Part shown: positions 57,896 through 64,000 of the stretch, in pieces | Layout of the letters: the number at the start of each line of letters is the position of its first letter | Position numbering within the stretch: the first letter of the stretch is position 1 | Assembly: GCA_025594325.1 (NCBI GenBank) | Contig: JANHCV010000002.1 | Coordinates: 1,550,001 to 1,614,000, forward strand | Source of the DNA: Blastocladiella emersonii ATCC 22665 | Taxonomy: Eukaryota; Fungi; Blastocladiomycota | Reading direction: 5' to 3' | DNA length: 64,000 nt | Notes under the pieces: model-generated | What the model was told of the DNA's origin: nothing | The model's input: only the letters and a program-made list of their open reading frames with translations | Databases searched by the model: none | Made by a program: the position numbers and the translations under genes

Positions 57896-59023
57896 ATGCT
57901 CGCCCAAGGTCAGTCCACTCACCCCCTGCCATGCATCTCCGACGAGCGAACCAACGAGCGCTAACGCTTGCCCGCACCCAAATGCACAGGCACCTGCGTC
58001 AAGTCCCCCGCGCCCGTCGTGTCCAACACGGACCTGGCGTGGCTCAAGCAGGGGTCGGGCTACTCGGAGGCGCAGACCTTCTACATCACGCCGGCGAGCG
58101 GCGGGCTCGTGTACGTGCAGGTGGCGTACTCGGAGGTGTCCGTGTCGCCGCTGGCCCAGGTCACGGTGCGCGTCGCCACCCCGGCCGTGTCCTTCTTCAA
58201 GTCGTTCAACAACAGCGGGTCCGCCCTCAAGGTGGCCGCCGACGGCGTCTCGGCGACGTGCAACGACTACTCGGTCACCAAGCAGGGCGACAACCTGCTC
58301 GTCGCCCTGCGCGACAAGGAGGTGGTCGCCAACCTCACGGTCGCCCTGACCCGCGACAACACGCTGCAGGTCGGCGACGGCAAGATCCACTTTGCCGCGC
58401 CGGGCGCCGGCAAGCCCGACGGCTTCCTGCTGCAGACGTTTGGCGTGCGCGGCGTCGCCTCGGGCGTGCTCATGGCCAACGGCACCACGCTCGACCTCGC
58501 GGGCGCCGCCACCGTCGTGCAGCAGCACCAGGGCATCTCGCCCCACAAGATTGCCACGCAGTGGAACTTCTTCACCTTCTCGTCGGCCAACCTGTCGCTG
58601 TCGACCATCTCGGGCACCACGCCCTCGACGTACCAGGCCGAGAAGTTCGGCACCGTCGCCGCCAACGTGCGCGGCGAGTCGGCCGTGGCCGCTGCCGTCG
58701 AGCTCGAGTTCCCGTCGTCGGCCGTCGACCCGTCCAACAGCTACGCCGTGCCCAAGGAGTTCATGCTGACCACCACTCTCAGCAATGGCCACACGGTCGA
58801 GGCGTCGGCCCCGCTCGACTTCGCGCGCGTCAACCGCATCGACGTGCTCGGCCAGCTGCCGTGGCTCGTGCGCAAGGCCGTCCAGTACTTTGTCTCCAAG
58901 CCCTTTGTCTACCAGTTTGTCGAGACGGCGCACGTCGTGGTCCGCGACGCGGCCGGCAACGTGGTCGTCGACGAGTCGGCCTCGGCCATGTTCGAGGTGT
59001 CGTTCACCAACCCGCCCAACTAA
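57896..59023 (+). CDS. SVF1: Survival factor 1 (Svf1) family protein
   Basis: ATG 57896, intron 57909-57989; EAQTFYI....GGLVYVQVAYS and RIDVLGQLPWLVRKAV..SKPFVYQF. Confidence 0.8.
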
Positions 59024-59225
59024 GCTCGATACTGCTCAGCAGCGATGATGAAGAAAGACTAGTTTGCTACGAAGCCATTAATATATACTGTTGCACACTC
59101 TATTTTCGCCTCGCGCCTGACGTGAGTGACGCGTGCGTGAGACACGATTGTCTCCCACGGCGTCGACGCGTCGCAAACTCCGCTTCGGACGCGACTCTCG
59201 CTCCGCTTCCCGAAAACACACAGCC

Positions 59226-61869
59226 ATGGATAACAGCAATGGATCCGACACCAACGGCAGCAGCAACGGGTCGACCGGGTTCCGCGTCCCGAGCGCGCTG
59301 CTGCGCTCGTCGCAGGCCCGCCTGAGCAAGGTGCGCGCGCTCAAGGACGAGCGCGCCGAGCAGGCGCCCGCCGCCGTCGCCGCTGCGCCGGACCCCGCAC
59401 CCGTCGCCAAGCAGGCCGCGGCTGCTCAACGGTCGATGTTGCCGAAACGCGCGCCCGCGGCGGCGACCAAACCCGCTCCTTCGCCGAAACCCGCCGAGGC
59501 GACTACCGCCTCGGCCCCTACCGCGACATCCTCGTCTACCGTGTCCGAGATCGAGCGGATCCGCGAGGCGCGCGAGCGGCGGCGGCAGCACATGGAGCGG
59601 GTGCGCGAGTCGCGCGCGGGCAAGGACGCCGTGGACCTGGCCAACGAGGCGTACGCGGCGCAGATGGCCAAGTTCCGCGGCGTGTGGATGCAGTGGGTCG
59701 AGAAGTGGAAAGGCAAGGCCGCGGCCGACCTCGCCTCGTGGGACGTGCCGATCCAGGTGTGTGTGCGCAAGCGGCCCGTGAGCAAGAAGGGTACGGCGGC
59801 GGACGCGGGTTCGCGTGGAAGGATGGCGAGTACTGACTGAGCGCGGGTGTAGAGATGGAGAAGCGCGCGCTCGACATCGTGACCATGACCACGGCGTGCT
59901 ACCCGAACGCGTCCGTGTTCGTGCACGAGCCGAAAGTCGGGCTCGACAGCTCGCGCACCGTGGCCACACAGGCCTTCCATGTGGACAAGGTGTACGACGA
60001 GCACGCCGGCAACGACTTCATCTACCAGAGCACGCTCGCCACGGCCATCCCCAAGCTCATGGCCGGCGAGAACGTGTCGCTGTTCGCGTACGGCGCCACG
60101 GGGAGCGGCAAGACGCGTACGCACTTCGTAGCCGTGGCCGAGAGGTGGACGGAGCGACTGACACGAGGAGGTGTGGTAGACACGGTGTTCGGGCCCAACG
60201 GCGGCAAGACGGCGGCCAAGTCGGCGGCGCACGTCGGCCTGTACGAGTACGCGTGCGGCCACGTCTTTGACATGATCCGCGACCAGCCTGTCGACGCGTA
60301 CGTCAGCTTTCTCGAGATCTACAGCGGCCGCGGTACGGATTCCTCCCTCGCTGACCTCGGCGAGGCCGATCAACTCACCTTGCGCCGCCAACAGTATTCG
60401 ACCTGCTCAACGGGCGGCAGCCCGTCAAACTGCTGGAGCAGAACGGCAACTTCTACTTCCAGGGCCTGCGCGAGTACCCGGTCCCGACTTTGGCGGCGTG
60501 CGCGGGCGTGATGCGGCAGGGCATGGCGACGCGGACGACGGGGTCGACCGAGTCCAACAACACGTCGAGCCGGTCGCACGCCATCTTCCGCCTCGAGCTG
60601 CGTCCGCGCGGCGCGCCCGCGCCCTCGTCCACGGCCATGGGCAACACGAGCAGCGATAACTACCCGGTCCTCTCGCTCATCGACCTGGCAGGCAGCGAGC
60701 GCGGCGTCGACAACCCGAACGCGTCGAGCGAGCGGCGCCGCGAGGGCGCCGCCATCAACCAGTCGCTCCTCGCCCTCAAGGAGTGCATCCGGTCCCTGCA
60801 CGTGCAGTCCGCCTACGTGCCGTACCGGTCCAGCAAGCTGACGTGCGTCCTGCGCGACTGCTTCCGCGGGAACGGCGGGACGTGTATCATGATCCTCAAC
60901 ATCGCGCCGACCTCGGCCACCGTCGAGCAGACGCTCTCGTGCCTCCACTACGCTAACCGCGTCAAGGAGTACTCGCACGGGACGGGCGCCGGCGCGCCGG
61001 GAAGCGCCGACGAGCTCATCGCGCAGCTCGCGGCCGCCGCGCCGTCGCCCGTCGAGGAATCGGCGGCGGCGGCGGTGGGCGGCGAGCCCGTGTGGACCGA
61101 GTCGGCGGGCGAAAGCTCGGTCGAAGAGGACGACGATCTGCCCGCCGCATCCGATGGCGAGGAGGCCGACGGCGGCGAGTACGCGGACGACATGGACCCG
61201 GACTCGTCGGCCATGAGCCACCCGCAGACCGAGGGCGACGAGCTCGGGTACGAGTCCGAGGCGTCGATCCTCGACACGTACGGCGACGGTGACGCTGCCG
61301 ACGAGTCGGTCATGCAGCAGCCACAGCAGCCACAAGAAGACGAGGGCGAGTCGACGCCGCTCCCGCTCCGGTCACAGCGTTACGCGTCGGCGGCGTCGAG
61401 CGAGTCGATGGTGATCAGCACGGCGGGCTCGGCCGAGACCGTGACGCCGCAGTCGTCGACGGGCACGCTGCGCCGCCTCGCCACGTCCGTGACCGCCGCT
61501 GCCGTCAAGTCGCTCCTCCCGCAGCCCATGGCACCAGCGGCGCCGCCAGCCAAGACCGCCGCGAGCTTCACGGACCAGGACCTCATGGAGCTGCACGTGC
61601 GCACGCTGCACGCGGTCCTCGACCTGTCGAAAGAGGAGGAGGCGCTGGTCGACGACGCGGCGCGCGGCAAGCTGGCGGGCCCCGTGTACGCCGAGGCGCT
61701 CGAGGTACTCGTCGACGACAAGCTGCGGCGACTGCTCAAGCTCAAGGCCATGGTCCAGGTCGTCCGCCAGCACCACGCGCACGGCGACGTGCTCGACAGC
61801 CCGCCCCCGCCTGGCGGGACCGCGCGCGACCGGGTCCGCGCGATGCGCCGGGGGGCGGCGCCGTCATGA
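59226..61869 (+). CDS. Kinesin-13 family internal-motor kinesin, multi-exon
   Basis: IQVCVRKRP, FAYGATGSGKTHT (split by an intron), SFLEIY, SSRSHA, IDLAGSERG, EGAAINQSLLALKECIR, VPYRSSKLT.VLRD. Confidence 0.9.
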
Positions 61870-62123
61870 GATTGGCGAGGATATAGACTGAGCGTTCATT
61901 CGATCCATGATGTGTTTGATCTATGATGTGTGAGCGTGATGGTGGGAGAGAGAGCGCGAGCGCGAGCACGAGCGCGGCGTGGCCCTAGTCGGCGGCGGTA
62001 AGGGAACTTGCGGTGGTTTTGACCAGCACGCCAGCCAGCACGCGCTTCCCAACTCAGCTTCCGACTTGCTCGCCAGTCACTTCGCCCCTCCCAACTCACA
62101 CTCGCTGATGCAACGAATGAATC

Positions 62124-63965
62124 ATGGACTTTCTGCAACACAAGCTTGATGTTGATGCCATTGTCGAGGCGATCCTCGTCCGCGCCGTCCTGCTACACGG
62201 CAACCGCGACGAGGACGTCGCCGGCGTGCTCCCGTACTTGCGCGTTCTGCCGCGGTCCCGCGCTCCAAAGGTTACCAAGGCCGTCCTATACCACATTCCG
62301 AGTCTCTCAATCAACGCTGCTACACGGAGTGGAAACGCCAAGCTTCTCCAGCTCTGGCGCAGCATCATCAAGGGGCGCCTCTACATCGAGCGAGGAGACG
62401 TCGAACAGGCCATGGACGCTAGCTTCGAGGATGTCCTCGAGTTTTGGCGCAATGAAGACACCTCTGTCAACTATTTGCCTCACGCGATCCCCAAGCTTCG
62501 TGTCGCATTCGACCTGTTCGCGCCTTCGCCTGTGCCCGGGGTCGGACCTGGTGACATGGCATTGGTTCGCATTGCCCATGCCGTTTCCGCGGGTACCTTG
62601 ACCGAAATCAACCTCAAGGGCCAGCGAGTCACCGCCGCTGGCACCAAGGTGCTTACGCACGCGATGTCTTCACCGTCGCAACGCATCCAGTCCATTCGTC
62701 TCGTTCTTTGCGACCTTACTGCTGAAAATTTGCTTCATCTGCGCTTGCCTATGTCGGTCACGACGCTCGTTCTGAGCGAAAATCGGCTCCGTGGATTGGG
62801 ACAGTTTATGCCGTACCTGCCCAGCTCCCTGACCAAGCTGACGCTCGACCACTGCGACTTGGACTCGACTACGCTCACTCGTTTGGCGCCGCTGCTACCT
62901 CCCGCCCTCCTTCATCTCGATCTGACCTATTGCAGGGCGGACGTCGCGGCGCTCACCGCACTTGGACTTCATCTCCCGCCCAACCTACAAAGCCTTGCAC
63001 TCACCGGCTGTATCGGGATCAACAGGGTCGTGGACGATACTCTTCGACCCATCATCGACCACCTTCCCGCTTCGCTCGTTTCGCTCGATGTCTCGCGCAA
63101 CCGATTCGACGAAACCGACGTACGTATGCTCGTGGATCGCCTCCCCTCGCTCAAACGCCTCGCTCTGCTCGACATCAACACATGCTGTCTTATGGGAATC
63201 TGGCTGGTGGATATCGTTGCGGCACTTCCTGACACGGTCGAGTATCTCAACCTGAGCTTCAACGAGATGCCGGCTTCGGCTATTGACGGGCTAGCCGCCC
63301 GTAATCTGCCGCGGCTTCGCGAGCTCCGCACCACCAACGTTCCGGCTCAGGCGGCGTCAAATTTCCTATCGTCGCTCCCTGCCTCTCTCACCGAACTTTC
63401 GCTTGCGGTGGAGAATGGTGACGTACACGAGCTTCCAGTTGCCCTGCGCGGATTTTTCGCGCGCGCGGCTGGCCTCCAAACATTCAAGTTTGACTACTTC
63501 GATGCTCTAGGGGCCCCCGACCTCCGACAGTTTGTCGACTCACTTCCTCTCACCATCACGTCCTTTTCGGTTAAGTACTGCCAGCCCGGGCTAGATGTGA
63601 TCCCGCGGCTCCTTGCACGTCTGTCTGCGCCGACCGTGACGCACCTCGCGCTCCCGCGTATTCCATTGACTGGTCTTGCGCTCGAGGCTCTTGTCGAGTG
63701 GCTGGCTGACGCGTCGTCCCTGGTTGAGCTCGATATGGAAGGTACTGGGCTCAACAATGCTGGGTTTGCCCAGCTCGTCGTTGCGCTGCCTGTCACGCTC
63801 GAGTCCCTCCATTTCTGCGACAACTTTGTGGACGACGCGATCATTGGCATGCTCGAGGCTCGCGCGTTGCCTCGGCTGACGTATTTGGGGTATTTTGACA
63901 CGCACATGTCTCCAGCAGGGGAGAACTGGATGTATATGTGGAATTTGCAGCGCGGAGGTGATTGA
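62124..63965 (+). CDS. Intronless RNI-like leucine-rich-repeat protein
   Basis: Repeated LPxSLxxLxLxxNxL-type units (LPSSLTKLTLDHCDL, LPASLVSLDVSRNRF, LPDTVEYLNLSFNEM, LPVTLESLHFCDNFV); weaker GC3 bias than the core genes. Confidence 0.85.
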   Translation: MDFLQHKLDVDAIVEAILVRAVLLHGNRDEDVAGVLPYLRVLPRSRAPKVTKAVLYHIPSLSINAATRSGNAKLLQLWRSIIKGRLYIERGDVEQAMDASFEDVLEFWRNEDTSVNYLPHAIPKLRVAFDLFAPSPVPGVGPGDMALVRIAHAVSAGTLTEINLKGQRVTAAGTKVLTHAMSSPSQRIQSIRLVLCDLTAENLLHLRLPMSVTTLVLSENRLRGLGQFMPYLPSSLTKLTLDHCDLDSTTLTRLAPLLPPALLHLDLTYCRADVAALTALGLHLPPNLQSLALTGCIGINRVVDDTLRPIIDHLPASLVSLDVSRNRFDETDVRMLVDRLPSLKRLALLDINTCCLMGIWLVDIVAALPDTVEYLNLSFNEMPASAIDGLAARNLPRLRELRTTNVPAQAASNFLSSLPASLTELSLAVENGDVHELPVALRGFFARAAGLQTFKFDYFDALGAPDLRQFVDSLPLTITSFSVKYCQPGLDVIPRLLARLSAPTVTHLALPRIPLTGLALEALVEWLADASSLVELDMEGTGLNNAGFAQLVVALPVTLESLHFCDNFVDDAIIGMLEARALPRLTYLGYFDTHMSPAGENWMYMWNLQRGGD

Positions 63966-64000
63966 TCGGACCTTGAAAGAAATACGTTGTACGAGTTGTT

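Noticed and set aside
12758-61869. A flagellar gene cluster (RIB43A, TTC26, kinesin-13)
   Set aside because: Spread over about 49 kb among unrelated housekeeping genes, with no clear shared X-box; useful only as a taxonomic clue.

Overview
Eukaryotic, very GC-rich, gene-dense DNA with short (about 60-80 nt) GT..AG introns (donor GTACGT/GTGCGT, branch CTRAC, acceptor YAG). Fungal genes (Zn2Cys6 AcuM/Rds2-type factor, Svf1) sit beside flagellar genes (RIB43A, TTC26/IFT56), so this is a zoosporic fungus; Allomyces/Blastocladiomycota is my best inference. Core genes: RPL3 (cut by the window edge), RIB43A, USO1, a Crz1-like C2H2 factor, a CaMKK-type kinase, an Nrp1-like RRM/RanBP2-ZnF protein, TVP15-like, U1-C, GET1, AcuM/Rds2-like, TTC26, mitochondrial L49/IMG2, TOP1, RPL15, SVF1, kinesin-13. 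Main discovery: an accessory block at 1.4-12.6 kb. It holds two F-box/ankyrin-like paralogs and a head-to-tail array of four P-element/THAP9 transposase-derived genes (two intact, one with two amber stops, one internally deleted). These share intron positions and a promoter motif, have no THAP domain, and have lost two of three catalytic acidic residues, which suggests a domesticated, amplified pseudo-transposase family. Other highlights: a hybrid histidine kinase with a dead transmitter but intact receiver, a tiny Tyr/Gly/Asp repeat protein ending in CC, a tandemly duplicated 5'-UTR intron-exon unit, a three-gene C2 array, and promoter minisatellites. Family calls come from manual motif recognition; no searches were run. 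Splice sites were inferred by eye.
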